A stretch of DNA of 64,000 bases, from contig OZ240245.1 in the NCBI GenBank assembly GCA_965198175.1, forward strand, positions 2,656,001 through 2,720,000, in the 5' to 3' direction. Positions 30,383 to 39,786 of this stretch are shown in pieces (within the stretch, counting starts at the first letter, position 1; every line of letters begins with the position of its first letter). The position numbers and the translations under genes were made by a program. This DNA comes from Candidatus Poribacteria bacterium. Its GTDB lineage: Bacteria > Poribacteria > WGA-4E > PCPOR2b. The notes below the pieces were generated by a model. It ran no database searches and had not been told where the DNA came from. It saw nothing but the letters and a program-made list of their open reading frames with translations.

Positions 30383-33300
30383 ATGAGCAAACCACTAAAG
30401 ACGTTCATTACCCATTCGCATGACGACAAACAGAAAAAGAAAAAATTGAGGACGTGTCTTGCTGTAATGGAGCGGGATGGCAAGCTAGAACTTTGGGACG
30501 ATGATGACATCACCGCGGGTGGAAAAGCGTGTCAGGAAGACATTCTCAAGGAAGTTGCTGATTCAGACATTCTGCTCTATCTCGTCTCCGCGGATAGTCT
30601 GGCCTCTGAAAACTGCAACAAGGAATTGACCGAGGCCGTGAGGGCAGAAAAACGAGTCATCCCCATCATCCTTGAGAGTTGTGATTGGCTGAATGATCGA
30701 CTCAGCGACTTTGAAGTTCTTCCCGACAAAGGCAAGCCCATAAACAGATGGCAACCTCACAGCGATGGTTGGCAAAATGTGGTTGATGGAATCCGAAGAA
30801 CCATTGAAGAAATGCAAACTCAGGCGGCTCCGCCGTCCCGTGCGACCGAAGAAGGAATGCGTGCTAAATCGGCGCTCCAACAAGGAAACGTTCTCATGAT
30901 GATTGGGCAAATAGACAGGGCGATAGAAGCCTACTCACGTGCAATTGAACTGAACCATGACTATGCCGCAGCCTATAACAATCGCGGTGTGGCTCACGGT
31001 GCAAAGGGTGATTCTGACCGTGCTTTTGTAGACTTTGATAAAGCGATACGCCTAAACCCCAATTATGCCGATGTCTATAACAATCGCGGTGTGGTTCACG
31101 AGGCAAAGGGTGATTCTGACCATGCCATCGCAGACTATACCAAAGCGATAGCCCTGAAACGCAATTATGCTGAAGCTTATAACAATCGCGGCAATATTTA
31201 CAGTAAGAAGGGTGAACCTGACCGTGCCACTGCAGACTATGCTAAGGCGATAAACCTGAAGCCTGATTATGCCGATGCCTATCACAATCGCGGCAATGCT
31301 TACAGCAATGGAGACGATTGGGATCGCGCCATCCTGGACTTCACCAAAGCAATAGCCCTAAATCCCAATGATGCCGAAGCTTATAACCGTCGCGGTATAG
31401 CTTACGGCAAAAAGGGTGATTCTGACCGCGCCATTGTAGACTTTAACAAAGCGATAGCCCTAAATCCCAATGATGCCGCTGCTTATAACAATCGCGGTAT
31501 AGCTTACGGCAAAAAGGGTGATTCTGACCGCGCCATCGCAGACTATACCAAAGCGATAGCCCTGAAATCCGATTATGCCGATGCCTATCACAATCGCGGC
31601 AATGCTTACAATGATGCGCACGATTGGGATCGCGCCATCGCGGACTTCACCAAAACGATACACCTAAATCCCAATGATGCCGAAGCCTATCACAATCGTG
31701 GTGCGGCTTACGGTAACAAAGGTGATGTTGACCGTACCATCGAAGATTCGAACAGAGCAATAGAATTGAAACCTGATTTTGCCGCTGCTTATAACAACCG
31801 TGGTGTGGCTTACCGCAAGAAAGGCGATGTTGACCGTACCATTCAAGACTTGAACAAAGCGATAGACCTAAATCCCGAGTATGCTGATGCGTATAACAAT
31901 CGCGGTATAGCTTACGGCATGAAGGGCGATCATGCCCGCGCCATAGCAGACTTGGACAAAGCGATAAATCTTAACCCAGATTATACTGAGGCCTATATTA
32001 ATCGTGGTGTGGCTTACAATGGCAGGGGTAATTTTGACTTTGCCATGAAAGACTTCAATAAGGCGATGACTCTAAATCCCGATTGTGCCGATGCCTACCA
32101 CAGTCGTGGGGTTGTGTGCGCGGTAATGGGCAATTATGATCTCGCCATAGCAGATTTGGATAAAGCGATACAACTTAATCCTAATTATGCGGAGGCTTAT
32201 AGTAATCGAGGATTGGCTTACAAACGCATGGGTAATTTTGACTTTGCCATGAAAGACTTCAATAAGGCGATGACTCTAAATCCCAATTATGCCGATGCCT
32301 ATCACGGTCGTGGGATTGTGTATGGGGTAAAGGGCGATTACGATCGTGCCATAATAGACTTTAATAAAGCGATAGATCTGAAACCTGATTTTGCCGATGC
32401 CTATATCAATCGCGGACAGATACGGCTACGTCTCGAAGAATGGGACAATTTCAAGTCCGAACTAGTGACTGCCCGAAACATGGGAGTGGATATCATCAAA
32501 GGTTTTAAAGATGCTTTCACAAGCGTTGGTAATTTTGAGCGCATAACCGGCATTAAATTGCCCGAAGACATCGCCATCATGCTGACACAACGGCGGCGGA
32601 GCCGGTTTCCCAGTACACAAGAATTCTTGAAGCTTGACGGTACACCCTTTGAATCGCCCGAGGTGTTGAATCTGCTGGAGAAACTTCGCAACGCGGCCAC
32701 ACCTTTGTCGCAGTACATTCAGACGCGCCCCACTTTCGGACTCAAGACCGGCAGCAGCGGAGCCTTTGTCGTAGATAGTGCGACACGAGATCGACTTATT
32801 GCGGAGCACCCTACATCCGCTGATATTTTGAAGCCATTTTTGCACGGACGGAACATTAGGCGCTGGCAGGTAGCGAGACCGGACTCATGGTTAATTTTTA
32901 CCTGCCGTCGTATAGAGATAAATCGTTATCCTGCCATCCGAAAACACTTGGAAAAATATAGATCCTCGTTGAGCAAAAGGGCGGGTAAACAGAAATGGTA
33001 CGAACTGCCAGTTACCAAACGCGACGCCGAGCACTTTACGAAAACAAAACTGGTATGCCCAAATACCTACGACCATCAAACCTTTGCCGTTGATACGGAC
33101 GGTTTCTACTGCGGGGATACGTGCTACGTTATTCCAACTGAGGAGACGTGGTTATGTGGTCTCCTCAATTCCCGCGTTGTGGAGTGGTTTTATTCTCAGG
33201 AATCAAAACAATTGACGGGTGATTATCTCAAGGCGCGTAGCCGCTATATGAAGGAAATCCCTATTCCCGACCTCACAACAACGCAGAAATCGCAAATCGG

Positions 33301-33643
33301 CAAAATCGTAGATTATCTCATTTACCTTCAAGGGCAGCCTACGACGAGGGGCGTGGATTTGGCACATGCCCGTGATTTCATAATGTTCAAGTATTTTGAG
33401 CGGATCATTGACGGACTGGTTTATGAATCCTATCTGGGCGAAGAACTTCATCAAGGCGGTAAGCATTTCTTCAAACCGTTGTTGGATGAAGGGTTGCTAC
33501 AGATTGAAGAAATGCGGGGTGATAAAATGTCCGCGCTCCGGGAAATCTTCGAGCGACTGTATGAAAAAACGCACCCGGTCCGAATCAACCTTTTCTTTCT
33601 GGATAGCGTTAAACCGATCCGTATCATTGAGGGCAAGGCGTGA
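30383..33643 (+). CDS. TIR domain - ~16 TPR - TaqI-like target-recognition-domain fusion protein
   Basis: TIR: TFITHSHDD, LWDD, DILLYLVSADSLASENCNKEL, VIPIIL. TPR array AxAYxNRG. C-terminal GLKTG, LKPFLHGRNIRRW, WYEL, LCGLLNS, EIPIP is homologous to the upstream MTase TRD. Confidence 0.88.
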   Translation: MSKPLKTFITHSHDDKQKKKKLRTCLAVMERDGKLELWDDDDITAGGKACQEDILKEVADSDILLYLVSADSLASENCNKELTEAVRAEKRVIPIILESCDWLNDRLSDFEVLPDKGKPINRWQPHSDGWQNVVDGIRRTIEEMQTQAAPPSRATEEGMRAKSALQQGNVLMMIGQIDRAIEAYSRAIELNHDYAAAYNNRGVAHGAKGDSDRAFVDFDKAIRLNPNYADVYNNRGVVHEAKGDSDHAIADYTKAIALKRNYAEAYNNRGNIYSKKGEPDRATADYAKAINLKPDYADAYHNRGNAYSNGDDWDRAILDFTKAIALNPNDAEAYNRRGIAYGKKGDSDRAIVDFNKAIALNPNDAAAYNNRGIAYGKKGDSDRAIADYTKAIALKSDYADAYHNRGNAYNDAHDWDRAIADFTKTIHLNPNDAEAYHNRGAAYGNKGDVDRTIEDSNRAIELKPDFAAAYNNRGVAYRKKGDVDRTIQDLNKAIDLNPEYADAYNNRGIAYGMKGDHARAIADLDKAINLNPDYTEAYINRGVAYNGRGNFDFAMKDFNKAMTLNPDCADAYHSRGVVCAVMGNYDLAIADLDKAIQLNPNYAEAYSNRGLAYKRMGNFDFAMKDFNKAMTLNPNYADAYHGRGIVYGVKGDYDRAIIDFNKAIDLKPDFADAYINRGQIRLRLEEWDNFKSELVTARNMGVDIIKGFKDAFTSVGNFERITGIKLPEDIAIMLTQRRRSRFPSTQEFLKLDGTPFESPEVLNLLEKLRNAATPLSQYIQTRPTFGLKTGSSGAFVVDSATRDRLIAEHPTSADILKPFLHGRNIRRWQVARPDSWLIFTCRRIEINRYPAIRKHLEKYRSSLSKRAGKQKWYELPVTKRDAEHFTKTKLVCPNTYDHQTFAVDTDGFYCGDTCYVIPTEETWLCGLLNSRVVEWFYSQESKQLTGDYLKARSRYMKEIPIPDLTTTQKSQIGKIVDYLIYLQGQPTTRGVDLAHARDFIMFKYFERIIDGLVYESYLGEELHQGGKHFFKPLLDEGLLQIEEMRGDKMSALREIFERLYEKTHPVRINLFFLDSVKPIRIIEGKA
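30863..32490 (+). repeat. 102-bp tandem repeats encoding 34-aa TPR units
   Basis: About 16 units; some segments identical, e.g. GGTAATTTTGACTTTGCCATGAAAGACTTCAATAAGGCGATGACTCTAAATCCC near 32027 and 32231. Confidence 0.9.
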
Positions 33644-35092
33644 GAATTACCGAGATTGAAATCAAAAACTTCAAAGCCTTTTATGGAACCCACCGAATAA
33701 ACCTGCACAAAGCTGGGAAGAACTTGCTGGTTTACGGCGAAAATGGGAGCGGAAAATCGTCACTGTTTTTCGCGTTAAAGCTGTTCTTGGAATCCGGCGA
33801 CAATCCTTCGCAGAGATTTGAAAACGATCAGAACATCTTTATCGCAGATGCAGGCTATGTCAAACTATGTCTCCGCGCGGATCAGGGGGCAAAGCAGTAT
33901 ACCTACGAATGGTCGGAGAGTGTTAGAGAAACAGATGACGAACTGATTATTGAGGCATCAAAGACAAAAGGCTTTCTCGACTATAAAACCCTTTTGGATA
34001 CGCACTACCTACATCATGAAAGTGATACCGTGAATGTGTTCGATTTGCTGGTTGAGACGCTCTTGGCAAATACCGTCAACACCGAGGGTCGGAGCCTTGC
34101 CGACGATTGGGCTGCTATTCAGCCGCCGTTTCCACGCCGAAACGCAACAAATCAAATTGAGATCCTTGAATACCTGATAGAGAATTTCAACAACGAATTA
34201 ACAAACAGATTAGCGAAGTTACAGTCGAAGGCATCTGGAATCCTTGGCAAGTTCGGACATAACGTTACCCTTAACTTCGATTTCCCTGGGATTAAATACA
34301 ACCGCGAAAACAAAACGCTTGATAACCAGCAGATTTTCTTAACTGTTGCGCTCTTCGACAAAGATATCCCCGAACATTACCACTTCCTCAACGAGGCTAG
34401 GTTATCGGCGATTGCTATCGCTATCTATTTCTCGTCAATCCTGATTCAGCCGCAGAGCCGCGTAAAGATTCTCGCCTTAGATGATGTGCTAATCGGCTTG
34501 GACATGTCAAACCGCCTCCCGGTGCTAGATATCCTAGACGAGTATTTTCCAGACTACCAAATTTTTTTTGACGACGTATGATAAGGCGTGGTATGAGATT
34601 GTCAAACAGCGGACATCCAATAATGGAAAGTGGAAATATGCCGAATTTTATTCCTCGAAAACTGACGACTACGAAATCCCAATCTATGTAGAAGATAAGG
34701 CGTATCTTGAGAAAGCGAAAGCGTATTTCGCCGCCAACGACTACAAAGCCAGCGCCATTTACCTTCGCACCGCCTTTGAAGCCGCAATCAAGAAATTCTG
34801 CGAAACGAAAAACCTCCGCGTCAAATACCGCGAAAATCCGAAAGAACTGACAAGCGAAGATTTTTGGACGCCGATAAAAACGGGAACGTTGAAAAATGGT
34901 ACACCCTTATTAGAAAAGAAACTCATTGGCGAAATCGAACTGTACCGAAGTATTATCCTGAACCCGCTCAGCCATTTTCACATTGTCCCTGAGATTAAAG
35001 GGGAAATTTCCGATGCAATAAAAGCGGTGGAAGCGCTTGAAGCTAAATTAGCAGCAATTTTAGGCGGCACACCACAGGCAAACAGCGAATAA
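33640..35092 (+). pseudogene. ABC/SMC-type ATPase with C-terminal HEPN-like domain (PrrC/RloC-like architecture), split by +1 frameshift in T8
   Basis: IEIKNFKAF, Walker A GENGSGKS, signature-like FLNEARL, Walker B ILALDDVLIGLD. T7 instead of T8 at 34562-34569 restores QIFLTTYD. C-terminal YLRTAFE and RSIILNPLSH. GTGA overlap with the upstream gene. Confidence 0.75.
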
Positions 35093-35096
35093 TCCA

Positions 35097-35654
35097 TTTT
35101 TTGCGAAACGAACCCAAAACGAAGCCAATCGTGATGGAGATTTTCAATCTGTGTTATCCTTATAATCGGCGGCAACCCGCGATTCAGGCAATGAGATGAT
35201 TGTGAATGAGGCGGCAATTGTCTGAATCACGGATTAAACAGATGAAACAGATTGCGCAGATTTTTTAATCCGTGTAAGCCCTGAATCCGCGATTCAGAGT
35301 ACAAAGAAGTCGCTATAGAGGATGGATATTTTCGCTGGGTTTCAATTACTTCTCCAAACGTGTCCCGTTGCCGATGAATAAGAGAAACTGCCGCGAGGAG
35401 AACGCGATATACGTTTTTACGAAACGAACCCAAAACGAAGCCAATTGTGATGGAGTTTTTTCAATCCGTGTCATCCGTTTAATCCGTGGCAATCCGCGAT
35501 TCAGACAATGAGAAGATTGTGAATGAGGCAGGAATTGTCTGAATCACAGATTAAGGGATTTCTATCGCACTCCTTATTCAGTCGCTTGATCGGATAGCAC
35601 GGATTGTTAAATCCGCGTTCATCCTTTAATCCGTGCCAATTTGCGATTCTGACT
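35097..35654. repeat. Cluster of palindromic elements plus a ~140-bp direct repeat
   Basis: 35097-35236 resembles 35414-35554. Left motifs at 35219 and 35536; right motifs at 35174, 35284, 35491 and 35638. Confidence 0.85.
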
Positions 35655-35683
35655 ATGATACATACCAACAGAGCATACAAATA

Positions 35684-36080
35684 ATGAGCGGCAATCTGAA
35701 ATACAGGGATATTACCGAAAAGATTATTGGGGCCGCTTTTGAAGTACATAAGTTTTTAGGCAACGGCTTCCAAGAGGTGATTTATCAGCGAGGATTGGCG
35801 TTTGAACTGGCACAAGCGGGTTTGGCATTTGCGCGAAGTTGAGCGAGACATTTTCTACAAAGAATTGCCGGAACCTATCGGTACTCGTCGCGCGGATTTC
35901 GTGGTCGAAGAAAAGGTGTTATTGGAATAAAAGGCTATTTCAGAATTGGAAGATGTACACATAGCGCAGGCATTAAATTATTTGAGGGTATATCGGCTGG
36001 AAGTCGGGTTATTGATCAATTTCAGCTCAAAAAGATTAACATTCAGAAGATTGATTTTGTCGCAACAGGATCCCAATTGA
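35684..36080 (+). pseudogene. GxxExxY family (PD-(D/E)XK-like) protein pseudogene
   Basis: ITEKIIGAAFEVHKFLGNGFQEVIYQ, then a 2-nt loss near 35835, RADFVVEEKVLLE*KA with in-frame TAA, then QALNYL and GLLINF. Confidence 0.9.
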
Positions 36081-36098
36081 CGCAGATAACGCCGACTG

Positions 36099-36230
36099 AA
36101 TCCGTGACAATCCGCGATTCAGACAATTGCGCTCGCCGGCGATGGAAAAAAGAACTGTGTTAGGATTGGGATCAAATCTATAAAATCTGTCAAATGTTGT
36201 AAACTTTTGTCAAATTCTGTGATTCGGACA
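36099..36230. repeat. Further copies of the AATCCGCGATTCAGACA motif
   Basis: Exact copy at 36109-36125, degenerate copy at 36213-36230. Confidence 0.75.
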
Positions 36231-36307
36231 ATTCGGAGCAAAGTGTGAATCCTAAGTGACACTCTCAGAAAGAATTAAATACGTAAGCTAAATTCGTAAG
36301 GGGATTT

Positions 36308-37255
36308 ATGAAATACTCAAGTGACAAGTTATCCTTTATGGCGTCAGTGTTTGCTGTATGGCTATTGCTTGGATGTCAAGGAGCAACGCTCAATATTCCA
36401 GATGTTGGCACAAGTGCAAATCCGCTCGAAAAATCGGGGGAGTTGACAAAGAGCGAAGTCTGGGCGGGAAAAATCTTGATTACCGGCGATGTTGTCGTAC
36501 CCGAAGGAATGACGTTAACGATTCAGCCCAATTCGATTATCGGTTTTGATCCGGCTAGCGGCGCGCACCAATTGATCGTGCACGGTACACTGTACGCAGA
36601 GGGCGAGCCGGATCGCTTCATTACGTTCGGTTCGCTTGGATCGAATGACAACCCTCCAACAGCGGGCGATTGGTTGGGTATCCTACTGGAAAAAACGTGC
36701 GTTAATTCCCGCTTGATTTACTGTCGAATCCGACACGCCGACAACGGGATTGTTTGCCTATCCGACTCAGTGCAGCTCGAAAATTGCTTGTTGACCAATA
36801 ACGAATTGGCAGTGCTTTGCGACGATGTATCTCCATTGATTTCCCAGAACGAGATTAACAAGAATGGTTCCGCGATAAAGTGTATTAACGACGCAGCGCC
36901 GGAAATTACCAGGAATTCGATTCAAGCCAATGAATACGGCATTATCTGCGATGATAATTCCAGAGCGACGATTGATCGCAACGAGCTCTCTAGCAACTAC
37001 CAACACGCCATTGTGTGTTACGCTTTAGCCTCACCCGAAATTGTTTCAAACAACATCGTCCTAAACGGCGGTTGGGCGGTGTACGATGGCGGTCGATTGC
37101 GAGACAATTTCATTCGTGGGAACAATGAGCGAGGTCCGGATGTCATTGAACACGGAACGGGACGAGACGGTGGACAATTCTACAGTGTGGACGAAGTTTT
37201 GGAACCGCGTGCCACACCCGTTGTTGATGCAGGCATTCATCGGGAACGGTACTAA
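36308..37255 (+). CDS. Right-handed parallel beta-helix lipoprotein
   Basis: Lipobox LLLGC; ITGDVVVPEGMTLTIQP, GDWLGI, repeated P.I..N.I..N..GI.C units. Confidence 0.8.
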   Translation: MKYSSDKLSFMASVFAVWLLLGCQGATLNIPDVGTSANPLEKSGELTKSEVWAGKILITGDVVVPEGMTLTIQPNSIIGFDPASGAHQLIVHGTLYAEGEPDRFITFGSLGSNDNPPTAGDWLGILLEKTCVNSRLIYCRIRHADNGIVCLSDSVQLENCLLTNNELAVLCDDVSPLISQNEINKNGSAIKCINDAAPEITRNSIQANEYGIICDDNSRATIDRNELSSNYQHAIVCYALASPEIVSNNIVLNGGWAVYDGGRLRDNFIRGNNERGPDVIEHGTGRDGGQFYSVDEVLEPRATPVVDAGIHRERY

Positions 37256-37338
37256 CAGAAATAAAAGATAAGTAGTGTCCAGATTCACGGAGTCTGTCAG
37301 CATTTAACAAGCTTCATTACCCAAGAAAATGAGAGAAA

Positions 37339-38118
37339 ATGAAACCCAGAGTTCTCATTCTTCGCACCGCAGGCACAAACTGCGACTATGAAACAAACTA
37401 CGCTTTTCAGCTTGCTGGCGCAAAAACAGCCCTGATTCATATCAACCAACTGATTGCCGGTCAGGTGCAGATTATGGACTACCAGATAATGGCAATACCC
37501 GGCGGATTTTCTTATGGGGACGATATTGCCGCGGGCATGTTGTTGGCGAATGAAATCAAGTACAAACTCGCCGATCAGCTAGTCGAGTTCGTCGAGTCGG
37601 GCAGATTGATTCTCGGCATCTGCAACGGCTTTCAGGTGCTGGTACGAGCCGGATTGTTGCCCCGTCTTGACGGAGAAATAGCGCAGCGGGCAACCCTAGC
37701 CATGAACAGTTCGGCGAAGTTCGAATGCCGTTGGATACATTTGCAGATTCAGAAGAGTCCCTGTGTCTTTACGCAAGGCTTAAAATCCCAGATTTATCTC
37801 CCTGTTGCTCACGCAGAGGGACGTTTCACGGCGCCAAACGACATCCTCGATCAGATTGAGTCAAATCGGCAGATTGTCTTTCACTATATTTCACCCAATG
37901 GCAGCACGCCGGAATATCCCGATAATCCAAATGGTGCTGATCGTCACATCGCTGGGGTTTGCGACTCAACCGGCAGAATCCTGGGTATGATGCCCCACCC
38001 CGAACGCTACCTGACACAATTCAATCATCCGCGTTGGACACGGGAGGCTTTGCCCGATGAAGGGGATGGACTGGCAATCTTTCGGAATGCGATAAATTAT
38101 GCGCAGTTGAACCTGTGA
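37339..38118 (+). CDS. purQ: Phosphoribosylformylglycinamidine synthase glutaminase subunit PurQ
   Basis: GTNCD.E, PGGFSYGD, GICNGFQ, AHAEG, NPNG, GMMPHPER. Confidence 0.97.
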   Translation: MKPRVLILRTAGTNCDYETNYAFQLAGAKTALIHINQLIAGQVQIMDYQIMAIPGGFSYGDDIAAGMLLANEIKYKLADQLVEFVESGRLILGICNGFQVLVRAGLLPRLDGEIAQRATLAMNSSAKFECRWIHLQIQKSPCVFTQGLKSQIYLPVAHAEGRFTAPNDILDQIESNRQIVFHYISPNGSTPEYPDNPNGADRHIAGVCDSTGRILGMMPHPERYLTQFNHPRWTREALPDEGDGLAIFRNAINYAQLNL

Positions 38119-38225
38119 ATTCGTGCATAGCGATTGACTTTCCACCGTGCGCTCCCCGCTATCCCTTGGTTTTGAAAACGAAAAGATGAATTTGTTGAGA
38201 TAGAAAAATAAAGCGAGTCAAATGA

Positions 38226-39332
38226 ATGAACCTCCGTCAATTCCTGAGACCGGATCTCTCAGATCTCAAACCTTATCACGTAGATCAGCCGCCCCACCGA
38301 ATCAAACTCGATGCAAATGAATCCCCGTTTGACCTACCCACGGAACTTCGAGAAGAGATAGCAAACGAGATGAAAAATCTCCAATTTCAACGATATCCGG
38401 ATCCAAGTTCAGATGTACTGAGAACAGAACTTTCTGAATACTTAGGGGTTGATAAAAGTCAAATCATTGTGGGCAATGGATCCGACGAACTAATCGGCTA
38501 TTTCACACAGGCGTTTGGGCGCGCAGATGCTTGTGTCTCCTTCCCAACCCCGACGTTTGCAATGTATCACATCCTAGCACGTATTGCAGGGCTTAATGCG
38601 GTTGGATTGCCGCTTGATGAGCAGTTCGATCTGAATGCGGAGGCGTGGCAATCTCATCTGGATGCCAACGGACCGAATCTGGTGTTCCTCTCATACCCGA
38701 ACAACCCTACGAGTAACACCTTTTCCGCTGAAGTTATCCACCAGATGCTCTCTCGATCCGACACACTGGTTGTTCTTGATGAGGCGTATTACGAGTTTTC
38801 GGGGAAGACATTCATCGGCGAATTGAATCGGTACTCCAATCTAATTATTACTCGCACTTTTTCAAAAGCATACGGACTCGCTGGGCTGCGTATCGGTTAC
38901 TTGATTGCTCACCCGGAGATTATCCATGAGATCAACAAGGTTAGGCTGCCTTATAATCTAAATCGCTTTTCACAGATGGCTGCAATGCTTCTGCTGAAAC
39001 ACCATGTGCGGCAAGCGCCGACATCCCGATTCTCATTACAGATCCAACTGATTCTCAAGGAGCGCGAGCGTGTTTATAGCGCCCTGCGAACAATGGAGGG
39101 CATTTATCCATTCCCAACGGATGCCAACTTCATTCTCTTTCGGACAGAATCACCTGCCGATAGATCGTTTCAACACTTGTTAGATTTGGGCATTCTCGTT
39201 CGCAACCTCAGTCGTCCAGGACCGCTGCACAACTGCTTGCGTGTTACAATCGGCACACCCGCGGCAAATACCAAGTTCTTAGAAGCATTGGCTTCCCAAC
39301 GAAAGGCGCCTCCTAGTGAAACTAAACCTTAG
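38226..39332 (+). CDS. hisC: Histidinol-phosphate aminotransferase
   Basis: KLDANESP, RYPDP, GNGSDE, PNNPT, DEAY, RTFSKAYGLAGLRIGY. Confidence 0.93.
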   Translation: MNLRQFLRPDLSDLKPYHVDQPPHRIKLDANESPFDLPTELREEIANEMKNLQFQRYPDPSSDVLRTELSEYLGVDKSQIIVGNGSDELIGYFTQAFGRADACVSFPTPTFAMYHILARIAGLNAVGLPLDEQFDLNAEAWQSHLDANGPNLVFLSYPNNPTSNTFSAEVIHQMLSRSDTLVVLDEAYYEFSGKTFIGELNRYSNLIITRTFSKAYGLAGLRIGYLIAHPEIIHEINKVRLPYNLNRFSQMAAMLLLKHHVRQAPTSRFSLQIQLILKERERVYSALRTMEGIYPFPTDANFILFRTESPADRSFQHLLDLGILVRNLSRPGPLHNCLRVTIGTPAANTKFLEALASQRKAPPSETKP

Positions 39333-39786
39333 AAATGAATCGGAGCATTCTCCCGATAAGATTCATCGGAGATTGTTGCCCTTCTATATGAGGCCAACCG
39401 TCTTGGTTGCGTTTATAGCAATTTCGGTGGTTGGACAGATTACATGGATAACTGCCATCACGATGGTCGGAGGATTCAATATTTGGTGGTGCACTTTCGG
39501 TTTCGCATTTGGAATCGTTCTCGGCTACATTCACGGGAAATGGATGGCACGGATGTGGGATCGTGACTATTTACGTGTGTTGAAGCGAGAGATTACATTT
39601 TGGCAAGCAAAGGGCGGTAAGGGGACAACTATATTTGTGATACTAGCACTTGCCATTCCGATTTTTTTTGCGGTGTTTACGAGATTGTCTTTCGACGTGT
39701 TGGCTGGACTGCAATCATACATCTTCGGTTTTATCGGCGGGACGAATTTCGCGGTATGTTCGTGGGTGCGGCAGTTGCCGAAGTAG
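39316..39786 (+). CDS. Small integral membrane protein
   Basis: About four hydrophobic segments; overlaps the hisC stop; start uncertain. Confidence 0.6.
   Translation: MKLNLRNESEHSPDKIHRRLLPFYMRPTVLVAFIAISVVGQITWITAITMVGGFNIWWCTFGFAFGIVLGYIHGKWMARMWDRDYLRVLKREITFWQAKGGKGTTIFVILALAIPIFFAVFTRLSFDVLAGLQSYIFGFIGGTNFAVCSWVRQLPK

Noticed and set aside
30383..35092. Assignment to Thoeris, PARIS or OLD/Gabija
   Set aside because: No SIR2/Macro ThsA, TOPRIM/AriB domain or UvrD partner is recognisable.
35097..36230. CRISPR array
   Set aside because: Repeats occur in both orientations with irregular spacing and degeneracy; no cas genes.
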